DNA from: Somniosus microcephalus
Lineage: Eukaryota
Direction of reading: 5' to 3'
NCBI GenBank assembly: GCA_052327205.1
Contig: CM126209.1
Coordinates: forward strand, 250,480,001-250,544,000
DNA: 64,000 bases
Below are positions 1 through 12,868 of the stretch, piece after piece (the first letter of the stretch is position 1; each line of letters begins with the position of its first letter). Position numbers and translations under genes: made by a program. The notes beneath the pieces are model-generated. The model was not told where the DNA came from and did not search any database. It saw only the letters and a list, made by a program, of their open reading frames with translations.

Positions 1-885
1 TGGGCTTATTGTTCCCACCCTTGACGTTTACAGGGACATGTTGGTGTTGTACTCTCTCTATTTCCTTTCTGAAAGTCTCCCACTGCTCTGATGTGGATTT
101 TCCTACAAGTATCTGATCCAAGTCCACTTTGGCCAGATCCTGCCTTATCATATTAAAATCGGCCGAACCTTTATTTCCAGTCCATCTTTGTCTTTTTCCA
201 TGACAACCTTAAATCTCACTGAATTATGGTCACTGTCACCAAAATGCTCTCTTACTGACACTTATACCACTTGCCCGGCTACATTCCCTAGAATTAGGTC
301 CAGTGCCACCCCCTTTCTTGTAGGTCTTTCTACATGCTGGCTCAAAAAGCTCTCCTGGATGCACTTTAAGAATTCTGCACCCTCTAAGCCTTTCACATTC
401 TGACTATCCCAGTTAATATTGGGGAAGTTGAAATCCCCTACTATTATTACCCTATTATTTCTACACTTCTCTGAATTTTGCCTACATATCTGTTCCTCTA
501 TCTCCTCCTGACTGTTTGGGGGCCTATAGTACACTCCGAGCAAAGTGCTTGCCCCCTTTTTGTTTCTAAGTTCTACCCATATGGCCTCATTAGAGGAACC
601 TGCTAAGATATCATCCCTCCTTACAGCAGTAATTGACTCCTTGATTAATATTGCGACACCCACTCCTCTTTTACACCCCCCCCCCCCCCATTTGTCTCGC
701 CTGAAGATTCTACACCCCGGAATATTGAGCTGCCAGTGCTGCCCCTCCCTCAACCATGTCTCTGTGATAGCAACAATATCACACTCCCATGTGTTCATCA
801 ACACCTTCAATTCATCAGCCTTACTCGCAAGACACCTTGCATTAAAATAAATGCCATCCAGCCTTGCCATACTCTCTTGTGCCAT
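1..885 (-). mobile_element. CR1 LINE fragment, ORF2 apurinic-like endonuclease region
   Basis: ORF 262-885 has APE motifs YFNAR, DIVAITETWL, GVYYRPP, IIVGDFNFPNINW, LDLILGN. Similarity continues with frameshifts to the window start. Confidence 0.92.
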
Positions 886-1914
886 TACATATTTGCTCTG
901 CCTTCCAGGCTGACTTGTTTTTTACTCTATATTTTACTCTATATACCCCACTATAGCTCCACTTCATATCCCATTCCCCTGCCAAGTTAGTTTAAACCAC
1001 GCCCCCACCCCCTCACTGGAATGTCAGCTTAGATTTTCGCACTGGGGTACGACTTGAACCCACAGGTTTCTGACGCCAAGGATAAAGTGCTACCAACTGA
1101 GCCAGAGTTGACGCAAGTCTGAAATATCTGAATTCGTCTATCCTTTCCTCATCAATCCGTCCTCTTACACTGGTGATCGATCTCACGGCCCTTCTCTGCA
1201 CCACTTCCAGGGCTTTGTACTTTGTAGTGTGTTTTTAAAAAAAATTATCATGAATTTTCAGCTCATCAAAGTAAGGGCCAGTCATTGTGCTCTGAAAAGC
1301 AGGCTGAGGATACACATTCCAACGTGAATACACTGCTGCTAAGGAAAACAGGGATCATTGGACTGCTGGTATTCGGATTAAAAGGATTTGAGCTGCTCAA
1401 AATGTGCTTTAGATCCCTTGACTTGCCCAATGGTATCGGTAATGTGCGGTGCTCAGAAATTGGACCCTGGAGTAATGTTATGGTGGCTTTATCAATGGAG
1501 CGCACCGACCTCATTTGAATCCTTGTTGCCAATTGGAAGTTCTGAGGCAGCTTACCGGTTTTGGGCCACATGAACTTTGGCCGCCTGGGGTGGTGGCAGA
1601 AGCTGCAGCTAGGTCCTGGGGGGAGTGAAGGGCAGGGGGGGGGAGGAGATGAGGCCGAGTGGGACGAGCGCAGACACTTCTGCTCCTCCTTGCCCCCCAG
1701 GAAATAATTGAATGCCTACCTTCCCATGGCCTCACCGGCTCTGTCACCAGGGAAATTGACCATAGTGCGCTGGGCACACACTCTGACTAGTTCAGTGCCA
1801 GCCGTGGAACAGTGGGTAGCACTCTCACCTCTGTGTCAGAAGGTTGGGGGTTCAAGTCTATGAACTCCATTTTAAGGCCTTTAACACAGATTTTGGCAGG
1901 TTAAAATCGACCCC

Positions 1915-2140
1915 CATATCGGGAATGCACGGCCTGGAAGGGCGGTGGAAGCAGATTCAATGGTAACTTTCAAAAGAGAATCAGATAAATTACTCGGAGG
2001 GAAAAGAAAAATTAGGCTATGGGGAAAGAGCAGGGGAGTGGGATTAATTGGATTGATCTTTCAAAGAGCCAGCACCAGGCATGATGGGCCGAATGGCCTC
2101 CTTCAGAGCTGTAACATGCTCTGATTCTATGTTCTATGAC
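1915..2140 (+). mobile_element. CR1 LINE 3' end fragment
   Basis: GGAATGCAC..GAAGGGCGGTGGAAGCAGATTCAAT followed by the GGGCCGAATGGCCTCCTTC 3'-UTR stem and a TTCTATG tail. Confidence 0.75.
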
Positions 2141-2960
2141 GTCCTTGTGGCATTGCATTGATCATTTTATTCTTTGAAAGATCATGTTTGTGCCTGCAAT
2201 CAGCTGCTGAACATCAAGAAATACATTTAAGTACACAATGGAAACCCATCTGTCGCTGGTTAAGGGTTAAACTACTTTTTACAACACCAAAGGAAAAGTG
2301 CCTACAGTGACTCCAGCAACTTGTGTCAAAATGAAGGAAATTTGAGATTGAACGGTATTGTACTTATCCATCCCTAAGCAAACATACAGTTATTTCCTGT
2401 AATTACCTTTTCCCTGGGCTCCCTTAAGACCTCTCTCTATCCATCATTCAAGTAGGACCCTCTCCGAGAGATGGTCAGGTAGAAGACACAATGATCAATC
2501 AATAAAGAGTCTGGACAAAGAAATGAGAATGTAAGTGCTTTTATTGAACACAGGCACTTGCCCTTAAATATTTCCTTTTCAGATATAATGCAGGTTTTAG
2601 AACGAGTGGATAATGTAGGTGCTGCAGAGTCTGTTTTCTCCTTGAAGGAACAGGAAGGTGGTAGAGCAGCTTTACTACTGGCAGACTGAAACTGAGAAGA
2701 GGAATTAATTTCCATCAATGTAGCTGGGACTGAGGTTGACAGGATACATCCACTGAACTGACAGATCTGTGAGCATTAATCTGGGTTAGACTGGCGAGCA
2801 GAGCAGGAACATTGTAACTCAAGTCCCTCTACATTACTGTTCACATTTTCCAAAGCTTGACTGGACCAGACCCTGCAGGTGTTCTATACCAGAATGGATC
2901 ACGCTCACTCTAGTGCGGACAGTGCTGTCCACATGTTCCATCCTAGATCACGCTGTGCCC

Positions 2961-3310
2961 AAACAACAACAACATAGCACCTTTAACAAAGCAAAACGCC
3001 CCGAGACGTATTATCAAACACAATTTGACCGGCGCGGACACGATGGGCCGAAGGGCCTCTATCCGTGCTGTATGACTCTATGACTCTATGACACCGAGCC
3101 ACATAAGGAGATATTAGGACAGGAGACCCAAACCTTGGTCAAAGAGGTAGGTTTTAAGGAGCGTCTTAAAGGAGGAGAGAGAGGTAGAGGGACGGCGAGG
3201 TTTAGGGAGGGAATTCCAGAGCTTAGGGCCTAGGCAGCTGAAGGCACGGCCACCCATGGTGGAGTGATTAAAATCGGGGATGCGCAAGTGGCCAGAATTA
3301 GAGGAGTGCA
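2961..3310 (-). mobile_element. L2-type LINE 3' end, with a ~60-bp young CR1 tail inserted at about 3030-3092
   Basis: Reverse complement of the L2 tail seen at 4660-4910. The insert matches the CR1 tail at about 40383-40440 (CCGGCGCGGACACGATGGGCCGAAGGGCCTCTATCCGTGCTGTATGACTCT) and is flanked by TGAC. Confidence 0.75.
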
Positions 3311-3328
3311 GAGAGTGTTTGACTAATC

Positions 3329-3543
3329 GTCATGTGATGAAACCTCCGGGAATATACCCAACCAGAGTTGGCAAGCCTACTGGGTAACAAAGAGTCTGTT
3401 GGCTTTCCAATTGGCCGAGGGAAGTCAGCACGTGTGGAGGATGGACCAATGGCTGGAGTTTGAGGGATGGAACGGTTCAAGGTGGGAGGTCATGTGATTC
3501 AACCTCCGGGAATACACCCAACCAGAGTTGGCAAGCCTACTGG
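3329..3543. repeat. Tandemly duplicated right end of a hAT-like MITE (GTTGGCAAGCCTA terminus)
   Basis: A ~55-bp direct repeat at 3329-3383 and about 3489-3543 resembles the right end of the element at 48566-51266. Confidence 0.55.
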
Positions 3544-4187
3544 TGACCTAAGTCATGTCCTTTCCCAATTGGATTGTTAAATTTATTAAATCAATATGAA
3601 TGTTTTCTATTATTGTATTGTTCCAGCACACTTGTCAACCATTCAGAACGCTTGTCTTCTCCAAGTACAGACCAAACATCAGCAACACTCGTTCCTACAA
3701 TATTCAATTGTGTAGCTTTCCAAATTCTTAGGGCTAGAAATTCATGGCCTCAGCGCCACTCCGTAGCACAACTAAATGGTGCAAAAACGGCACCAGCTGC
3801 TGGCGGTTCCTGCGGTGGCCACCATTTTCGTGCTTACCTTTCCGCTGCCGGTAACTGGCAGCGCCTTCCCCAACAAAATGGCAGCATTGTGACGTAAATC
3901 GGCGTGCAAAGCAGACTTTACATCACAAGCATGAACTTCGACCCTAGCGCTGAATTCAACGCTGAGTCCTAAGCACTGACAGTGGCGATGTCTGCAACTC
4001 TTAAAGGAACACACACATCCTTCAGGTAAGTTTGAATTTAAGGTGTTGGACTAGGTTTTTTTTTAATTTTATTTAAGTGGTGGCTTGCTGCAATAGATGT
4101 GAAATGTTTTTTTAAGTGTGTAGGGAGTGCTGCTGGACGCTTGCAAGGGCTTGGATGGTAAATGAAGGCCTTTGAGAAGACAGAACA

Positions 4188-4322
4188 TGCTGCGAATGCT
4201 CAGCAGGTCACGTAACATCCGTGGGGAGAAAAACAGAGTACAAGTCTCAGGTCGAGATGCTGCCTGACCAGCTGAGTATTTGCAGCATTTTATGCTGTCA
4301 TTTCACATTTACAGCATCCGCT
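4188..4322. repeat. Palindromic Penelope-like terminal repeat remnant
   Basis: Inverted arms TGCTGCGAATGCTCAGCAGGTCA..CATC and GATGCTGCCTGACCAGCTGAGTATTTGCAGCA; same motif family as 62669-62762. Confidence 0.5.
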
Positions 4323-4659
4323 TACTATAGGAGAGGGAAGAGGAAGACACAGAAGAGGAAGACACAGAAGAGGAGGAATCAGAAGAGGAGGAATCAGAAG
4401 GAAAGATGCATCCCAGACTGTCCCTTTGTGGCCAAGATATCGGTATGGAATCATCCATCTCCGGTGCCAGTGACCACAACACCAATTCCCCTTTCAACAT
4501 TAGTCCCACACCTTACCTTCCATCTGTGACTGACCATCACAATGTCCTCTTGGCCACAATGCTGAAATAAACAGAACCACAAAGCAAACTTTCCAATCCA
4601 CCTATATACATCCATCCATCCAATGTGACATCAAGAAATCAATTCATCTCCTGTATCAT

Positions 4660-4910
4660 CATCTGTTGCCTAGGCCCTAAGCTCTGGAATTCCCGGCCTA
4701 AACCTCTCCACCTCCCCACCTCTCTTTCCTACTTTAAGATGCTCCTTGAAACCTACCTCTTTGACCAAGCTTTTGGTCACCTGCCCTAATTTATCTGTAT
4801 GTGTATCAGTGTCAAATTTGTTGTCTTAAAATACACCAATGCAGCGCCTTGGGACATTTTACTATGTTAAAGGCACTATATAAATAGAAGTAGTTATTGT
4901 TGTTGTTGTA
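4660..4910 (+). mobile_element. L2-type LINE 3' end
   Basis: CTCTGGAATTCCC..AAACCTACCTCTTTGACCAAGCTTTTGGTCACC..GCGCCTTGGGAC..AAAGGCACTATATAAAT..(TTG)n tail. Confidence 0.75.
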
Positions 4911-7034
4911 TGCATTCTCTTAGTGACTGTCTTGTGTGTGCCTTTGCCTATTCTATTGAAGTCACGCAGTGCATACTACAGTGGCTGCAGCATGGCCTAT
5001 GGAAGGCTGCTGACTTTCAGTGGGGGACACTGCAAATGCCCTTGCTGGTCGACCTTGAGGAGCTGGTGGCTGTGGGTGTCAAATCAATCATCTTCTTGTT
5101 CTTCTTCACTCTCCTCTCCCTATTCTTCAGCACTCACTGTCTGGGCAGGCTGCATTTCTTGGGTGTGTGAAATGAGGAAGGCACAAGAGTGGAGTTGTGC
5201 TGACGGGAGGGCAGGAAAGCATGAGGTGCATGCCAAAAAGAGGATAACGTATGAGGATACCAGCATCTTGTATCCTTTCAGCCCTGCCGCTGACCAAGGG
5301 CTCAGCCATGCCCCTGCCAAGAATGGCCTGCACCGTCTCCTCCAAGGGGTGAGGTGAGGCTAGGAATGGGAGATGTGCCTCGTGATTGGTGCAGATTGTT
5401 GGTAGGTGAGCGATTGCGGGGGTGGGGCTTGTGCAATTTTTTGAAGTTAGGAAGGGAGTTCAGCTTTAAGAGCTGAATATTCACATTTGGTACTTCTTTT
5501 TAATGTCCAATATGTTTTTAAGAGGCAAAAAGGGCTGAAAATGGTATTGTCTCACTTCATTTTAATTTGTATTGCTTTTGTGCGCATGGCCCCTTTAATT
5601 CTCAGACTTCTTCATTACCCACAATTCCTTGTCAGCGCCACAGCCTCGATTCCAGAGGCTGTGTGAAGCTGCAATGCCACTCCTGCACAGGAACTTCGGC
5701 CACAATTTTGCCACCGTTCAGCGGACGGGAAGGGTGGCAGGTCAGCTGTGAAATTTTAAATGATTGACAGCGGGTTAGGAATCCCACTGACAAGACACGC
5801 GCTCCTGCAATTCCCAATGTCAGGTCTGCCGGCGCTAAGCAGACCTGACAGGTAGCTCACTTTCAGTGGCGGACACTGCAAATGTTCTTGCTGGTTGACC
5901 TTGAGGAGCTGGTGGCTGTGGGTGTCAAATCAAATTATTAGTGGCTTTTTTTTTTTCCCCCCAGCTTCTTAACATTCAGAGGTCTCCCATGGGTTTCCCG
6001 CTGTGCCTAGACCTCGTCAGTGAAGCTGAGGCGGGAAGTCAGTGGCCATTGAATCAGCTGATGAGTTGACAGCTTCAAATGTAAACGCAAAGCAGATTCA
6101 GGATGCTGCAAGTCTTTACACAAGTTTCCATCCAGTCTGACCTCATTACCTCTCCCACCATTGACAGATCGCTTCTGTCATCTCTACTTCACCTGCCATC
6201 TATTCCATCAGCATGGGTGGACTCCATACTCTCTTACCTTGGCCCTCAGAATCTGACCACAATCAGCCCCAACACCTGCATCACCAGGCACACCAGCAGC
6301 ACCAACAACCACACCAACCTGCTCCAGAATCACCTGAAGCTGCACAGGACAGAAGGCATTAGCACTCGACTACATTGCTGCCCAGGATGCAAGGGCTGGC
6401 CTCACCATGGCCACATTCACTTCACTTGACACTGTACACTCTGGCTGCCACATGATGCGCCAGGTTGGCACCACCCCACACCAACACCATAAAGCATCCC
6501 TACAATGCCCAAGTTATTCCTTTCACACTCATCACCATTGCGGGGGTACTGTTATGCCTCACCATTCACTGCAACTCACTAATTCACTTCCATAGGTGCA
6601 CACAAATCTGTCCAAGAACACAAAGCATTGAAAATAAAGGATTCAATGTTTGACAGCACATTAACAGAAACTTCACATGAACATTGGCTAAAACACGCAA
6701 GTGCCTACCCTTGTATGTTGTTAGTTGGTATGATTGGACTAGGATGAGGGTGAGTGTGAGGGGCGACTAGTGAGTTGGAGAAGTGATAATGTAGCTAGAG
6801 AGGGATGGGTGGAGGTGCAAGGTAAGTTGGTGTGAGTAGGGATGTGCAGGAGTAGGGTAGGGAAGGCAGAGTGATGGGGATGTGATGAGCAGCACAGCAG
6901 GATGAGGTTTAGTGTGGTTTTGCAGTAACATTTCATGATCTACTGAGATCATTGAAAGGTTTGCGCCACTGCAGCCTGGTCCTCCTGCCAACATGCCAAC
7001 AAAAACAGGTAAATTGCTCATTCATTTCAATGCT

Positions 7035-7265
7035 TTTTTTTTACTCAGCGAGAGGTTATGATCTGGAATGTGCTGCCTGAAAGGGCGGTGGAAGCAGATT
7101 CAATAATAACTTTCAAAAGGGAATTGGATCTCTACTTAAAAAGGAAAAAAACTGCAGGGCTATGGGTGAAGGACAGGACTAATTGGAGAGCTCTTTCAAA
7201 GAGCCAGTACAGGCATGATGGGCCCAATGGCCTCCTTCTGTACTGTGTGATTCTATGTTTCTTTG
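7035..7265 (+). mobile_element. CR1 LINE 3' end fragment
   Basis: Translates IWNVLPERAVEADSIITFKRELD, followed by the CR1 3'-UTR stem-loop. Confidence 0.8.
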
Positions 7266-7401
7266 AATTACTTTGAGCCATTTGCAAAAGCTAAGATGCT
7301 ATTTAAAGATTTTTTTTTTAATTGTACCTTGAGGATGTATATATTTATTTCCTTCTAACTTCAGTGCAGTAGTGAGGGAGTGCTGCATTGGCGGAGGTAA
7401 T

Positions 7402-9984
7402 GGGCTGGATTTTGTCATGGGGCGGGCTGGGGTTGTATATTCCCACTTTTCGTGTTAGCCACCCGATTCTAAATCGATGTGGGAGAATGAAGCGATTTTA
7501 ACTTAAGTGGGCAATTGAGTTTCTGCGTGTGGGAACCCATGGCCCAATTAGTTTTTTCAGTCTGAAACTCGCCTCCGATGACGTCATCATTGCTGCTGCA
7601 TTTAAGGTCTGCAACAAGCCTTGCTTTTTCTGCAGACTGCCAACCTTTTGGCCTTTCATGCTAGAGGGACCTGGAGGCAGAATGACCAGCGAGGGACCTA
7701 GGTCTGCTCCCAGGTTTGATGACGTCGCCCTGCAAGCTTTAGTGGAGGGAGCAAGAGCCAATAAAGAGGTGCTCTTCCCTTCTTCAGGGAGGAAGAAGCC
7801 TCCCCAGCAGACCAAGGCTGTGTGGATCCAGGTGGCCCAGGAGGTCAACTCTTTGTCGATAACCCGCAGAACCTGGCTTCAGTGCAGGAAGAGGTTTCAT
7901 GACCTTCTGCGCACTGGAAAAGTGAATATGACTTTCCCATCACCCTTAATCTGATCCCCATTGCCTCTCCTCACCAGCACTCAGCTTTAGCAATCTCTTC
8001 CTCCACATCCCACTTGACACTGACATCCATGCACCCCTACCCATTCCCTCTCTCTCTATGGGCACATTCACCTAATTATTCGACTATGCAGCCCTCACAC
8101 TCCCTATCACTGTGATGCTATGAAAACAACTTACAACACACAGGGAGACCCCTTGGTCTTGCCACCTCACTCCATCTTTGTCTCCTTCTAAGCATCTATG
8201 CTATGGATTCTCTACACTCACTCCTTCATTCTCACTCAAACTCCACTTGTCTCCCTCATTGCAGGAAAAGAGAGCTCACAATAAGAGGGAAAGAGCGAGG
8301 ACAGGAGGAGGGCCACCCTCAGTAGCCCAGCTCACCCCCTGGGAGGATGCAGTCCTGGAGATCGTAGGAGGGGAGGACGATGCGCAAGTGGGGGATGGAC
8401 AGACGGGTGCATCACAGCAAGCTGGTGACAGAATAGTTTTCCATCTTTCTCATTGACATTGCATGAGTCAGTGATAATGATTCTGAAGCTCTAACAGATG
8501 GACTTATGATCATCTGCAATATGCAATGGGCACGTAAACTTGGCATCACATCTCACAGAATCACAGAATCACAGAATCTACAGTGCAGATAGAGGCCATT
8601 TCGGCCCATCGAGCCTGCACCGACACATATCCCACCCGATCTCTGACCCTTTCATTTACTCCCCCCCAGGACCATCGACAGCACCCATCCCCACTAGCCA
8701 GGAGGAAGAGCCTGAGCATTCAGACTCCTCAGAGGAAGCTGCAACCTCTGAGGGTGCAGCGTCAGCAGGGTTCAGCGCACCCAGCACCAGCGCAGACACT
8801 CAAACCTCGGTGGGACCTTCGCAAGATAGAGTAGTGTTGTCACCTGGTGTATCACTGCTCACAAATGAGCATCAGCAGATGGTGGAGACAGGGACAGCAG
8901 TGGAGAGTCCTAGTCGAAGGGTGCAGGACTCTCCCAGCTCGGCTCAGCTGCATGTTGACCCTTTGCCTCTGGGTCCATCCACAAGATCAGCGGTGCTGGA
9001 ACTCCAGGAACAGATACAGGAGTCTCTGGCAGGTTTTGTCTCCACGGTCGCTGTGAGTGTGGAGCGAATGGAGGAGTCCATTGCGAACATGAGCAGAGCC
9101 TTTGTGGAGTCATTGGCGCATCAACGCATCACCATGGAAAGGATTGTAACCTCCATGGAGGTGATAACTCGCCAGAGTGCAGAAAACATGATGAGTGTTC
9201 TGAATAGAATGACATCTCTGGAGGAGCGATGGTCATCTATTGAACAGAGAAACCAGACCTTCATGGAAGTCCTTCTGAGTAGGACTGCCAGTGCAGATAC
9301 GGGTCCCCATGGCCCCCCTGATGTGCAGCAAGGTGCTCTCAAGCCACTTGCAAGCACTGAGGGGAACCTGACCCATGAGAGGGAAGTTGGTGGCAGACAT
9401 CAAGGAGATTGGGGGCTCCTCTCCAGGCACTCACACTTCCATGCCACTGCAGAGCCCTCGGTCAGAATCCCACCAGAGTCCACACCCAACTGAGATCGGC
9501 GTCTCAACCACTGCACAGGTCACACTGGAGATGGGTGTCAGGCTCCAAACTTCCACAGCTGTAGTTATGCCTTCTAAAAGTTCCCCCAGGCCTGGGACAA
9601 CAAAGTCCTGCCACCTGCAAACGATGGCTGATCAAATATCCTATTTAATGGTGGAGCTGCAGCTAATAGTCAGCAATCCAATTGTGCTCCCGCCAGGTTT
9701 CAACGTCGTGTTTCAGAGCAAGCGTGTTTCACTTGGGAAAAGGGTTAAAATCACAAAGGCCTTTCAAAATGGGATAATAGAGGCAATTTAGTACTTGTTA
9801 AGGGCCTTAAGGGCCTATCCCACCTCTTGGAGGCGGGACGGAGAATGGAGCAGTGAACACGATTTCTTGAAAATTGCTTGGAGGCAGGATGGAGGCGGGG
9901 TTGGGCTCACTCGCCACTTTTTTGCAATTTTAACACCCCACACGCCTCCATTCCCGCCTCCACGGCCCTGTGAAATTCGAGCTC
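7402..9984 (+). mobile_element. Non-autonomous PIF/Harbinger element carrying only the Myb/SANT-like gene
   Basis: Imperfect TIRs GGGCTGGATTTT / AAATTCGAGCTC and a 3-bp TSD AAT/GAT split a SINE cleanly. The right subterminal region resembles that of 49261-50101. No DDE transposase is present inside. Confidence 0.8.
7682..9493 (+). CDS. Harbinger Myb/SANT-like DNA-binding protein, 3 exons (7682-7921, 8265-8424, 8670-9493), 407 aa predicted
   Basis: Exon 1 reads RSAPRFDDVALQALVEG..W.QVAQEV..RTWLQCRKRFHDL; exon 2 reads EKRAHNKRERARTGGGPP..LTPWE. GT-AG introns have compatible phases 0 and 1, and the 1224-nt joined frame has no internal stop. Confidence 0.8.
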
Positions 9985-11591
9985 GATGTCTTTCGGATGA
10001 GGCATTAATCCGAGGTTCCCTCAGAGGTGGATATAAAAGGTCCCATGGCACTATTCAAAGAAGAGCAGGGGAGTTCTCCCCCTCAAACAACATCACATAA
10101 AAACCAACATTGCTGATATTGAGAGATGAATTAGGGTGAGAGGAGGCTCGTGTGGAGCCTAAACACCAGCATAGACCTGTTGTGCCAAATAGCCTCTTTC
10201 TGTGGTGTAGAATTCGATGTAATTCTATGTAAAAATAGATTATCTGGTAATTAGCACATTGCTGTTTGTGGGACCTTGCAGTGCGCAAATTGGCTGACGC
10301 GTTCCCTACTTTACAACAGTGACTTAGAAACATAGAAACATAGGAGCAGGAGTAGGCCATTCGGCTCTTCGAGCCTGCTCCACCATTCAATATGATCATG
10401 GCTGATCGTCTAGCTCAATACCATATTCCCGCTCTCTCCCCATATCCCTTGATGCCTTTTCCGGCTAGAAATCTATCCATCTCTTTCTTAAATATATTCA
10501 GTGACTTGGCTTCCACAGCCTTCTGTGGTAGAGAATTCCACAGGTTCACCACCCTCTGAGTGAAGAAATTTCTCCTCATCTCAGTCGTAAATGCCCTACC
10601 CCGGATCCCGAGTCTGTGACTGCACTTCAAAAGTATTGAATTGGCTGCGAAGCGTGTTGGGACATCCTGACGTCATAAAAGGTGCGATGTTAATGCAAGA
10701 CTTTCCTTCTTTCCTCCTGCATTGTAATTTATTTAGTCACGGAACTGTTTGCTGGAGTTCAGGTTTGATTATATTCATATCACAAAGCTATTTGTGCTAT
10801 TTCAACACAGACAATAATCCATCATTTTAACCAGGATGATACCTGCTTAAAAATAATCGCACAAAGCAGTTTGATTAGGTTAAGCTTTTGTAGCTGAACT
10901 TCACTGATCGGAAAATATACTCCTAAACGTTTACACTCACTGCATGGTTTGCAATAAGGCTATCTTTGGAGCAATCTAAATTCAGAGAGTTACAAACATG
11001 TCTCTGGGAACTTTAACCCATCCTGCACGCTTAAAGTATTCTGCATGAAATATAAATCAAATGTACTTCTTAAATAAATGTTATTTACTTTATTACTAAA
11101 ATGCATAAATATCCAATAGAGAATTGTTGGATTTTCAAAAGAAAAAAATCTGTTGATCTCGTTCTTTGGTAGCTTAACAACAGAATGTAGCTGGAGGCAA
11201 ATGTAACCAGAATAGATGCCTCACAAAGATGACCCAGGTGGTTACTAAGAGAACGGAAAGATTTAGACAAATTGTATGAGGAAATCAACATGCAGATCAA
11301 AGATTTTTCTACAGCTAAATGCCTGCTCCACCAATCTTGGTTAAGTAAGTAACGGTTAACTCTATGGAGCCCAGAAGCAACATATGGGATTTTTCTGCAT
11401 TATGCCAAATAGATCTACCATATTCATCACTGTCGCTTACCCTAGTGACTGACGCTTCTCTCACAGCTTCCCTCGCTACACAACAGCAAGCAGCCAAGGA
11501 CTGTGCACCCAGCCAAGCATTTCCTGCCATATCAATCGGTTTGAGCTGTGAGCAGTTTGGCGTGATTTACTGTTCTGCAAAGAGCCAGTTT

Positions 11592-11621
<30 letters not shown>
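11592..11621. repeat. (ACA)n microsatellite
   Basis: Read directly. Confidence 0.9.
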
Positions 11622-11622
<1 letters not shown>

Positions 11623-12697
11623 GAGTCTGGATGGCGAACACGGCAGGGAAAAAAAAATTCACTTCCACCTTATTTGCCTTGGTGCCAGCCAGATTTAGTG
11701 CCAGTCTTGTCAGAACCTCGCAGCCCCTCTCCGTTCAACGTCTTGCCAGAGTGCAGAGTATCACAGCAGATGCGTTCAACGGGGACGAAGTCCAACTTTA
11801 TGATTCTCCATTGCGAGCTGACTCAGGTCATTTTTGACAAATAGGGTTATCCAGAAATAGATCTACATGGCAATCACCCAGAACAACCAGCTGCGGAAAT
11901 CCTGTTGCAGGTCAAAACAACCAGGCCTTAGTCCCCAGCAGCCTGCTGATCTCTAGGAATTTGGAAGTACCTTTATACATTCCCTTCTTTTTTGCTCATA
12001 AGCCAGAATTAACCACAAGATCTAAGCAGAGGACACAACGGCGACTTTAATAACCCCATTACTGATCAAGGAAACTGTGAGGCTTACAGATCTTCTGGGT
12101 GTAAGCACTGTTTAATTCTTTTAGATCCCACACAGGTGGGATCTGTTCATGCAAATGGAGTAACAGAGCCTAAGCATCTTGGACAATCTCCACCTTGAAG
12201 GCCTACATTATCGAGGAGAATTTTGCCCGTTAGTGCTGAAAGTGCAACTATTAGGACATCCATCTTCGCTCACCTAAGTGGCCATGTAGCAACCTGCATG
12301 ACTTACTACCCAACCTTGTCCAATAAAAATCAGTTGGTGTACACTTTATGACATCAAGTGCATTGAAAGGACGGTGGAAGACTTAGAAGATGTCTCTCAA
12401 AACTATCTATAACTGAACCATAAGACAAGCCTGTTGGTGTTACAGTGCTCAGAGCTCCATCACCAGTTCCTGTAACCACTTTGGTGTAATCCTATTTGTA
12501 TATGCAGATTGATTGGTTGAATGAATGAGATCATATAATGTTGGTTTGTGTCCTTCTCATTTCCTAATTGTTTAATCTCAATATGCACAGTTTATCCTTA
12601 GTTTATCCCTCAACTCACTTATGCGACTTCATGCTGTTCTGTGCTGCATGTTCTCTCCACATTGTTTCTAATGAGGTCTCTTTGCTATTTCTTCCAG

Positions 12698-12868
12698 CCA
12701 AAGAGTTAAACACAAGGCTTAAGTTTACTGGTGTGCATCAACATCACCGTATCAAAATCATTATTCAATGGCTCAAGTTTTTATATAAAGAGCCTTTTGG
12801 AGGCTGATGTGTCCTGTTTGTATGTGGTTGTTGAGCTCAAATCCTAGTATGAGAAGACTATAAATATG
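12698..12868 (+). other. Candidate host-gene exon (mostly 5' UTR) ending in ATG|GTAAGT
   Basis: Polypyrimidine acceptor TTTGCTATTTCTTCCAG ends at 12697, with a perfect donor ATG/GTAAGT at 12866-12874. Lies in a repeat-free island. Gene not recognised. Confidence 0.35.

Larger units (their letters stand above)
3730..7020. mobile_element. Degenerate PIF/Harbinger remnants, probably from more than one element, with L2 and Penelope-like inserts
   Basis: TIR-like GGGCTAGAAATTC at about 3731. Acidic EEEDTEEE run typical of transposase C-termini at 4335-4400. Minus-strand Myb remnant RRTRLQWRKPFNDLSRS at about 6930-6990. Confidence 0.5.
7360..10710 (+). mobile_element. Deu-domain SINE (SacSINE1/AmnSINE1-like), interrupted by a Harbinger element (7402-9984) and CR1 tails (about 10100-10230 and 10326-10620)
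   Basis: GAGGGAGTGCTGCA..GGAGGT / GTCTTTCGGATGAG..CCGAGG..TCCCATGGCACTATT Deu core and an L2-like tail. The CR1 insert is flanked by a GTGACT duplication. Confidence 0.75.

Noticed and set aside
1266-2960. Short ORFs at 1266-1777 and 2437-2718 as host exons
   Set aside because: No recognisable homology or convincing splice sites; more likely decayed transposon sequence.
11364-11837. 157-aa ORF with a poly-Thr run
   Set aside because: No recognisable domain; the Thr run is the (ACA)n microsatellite.
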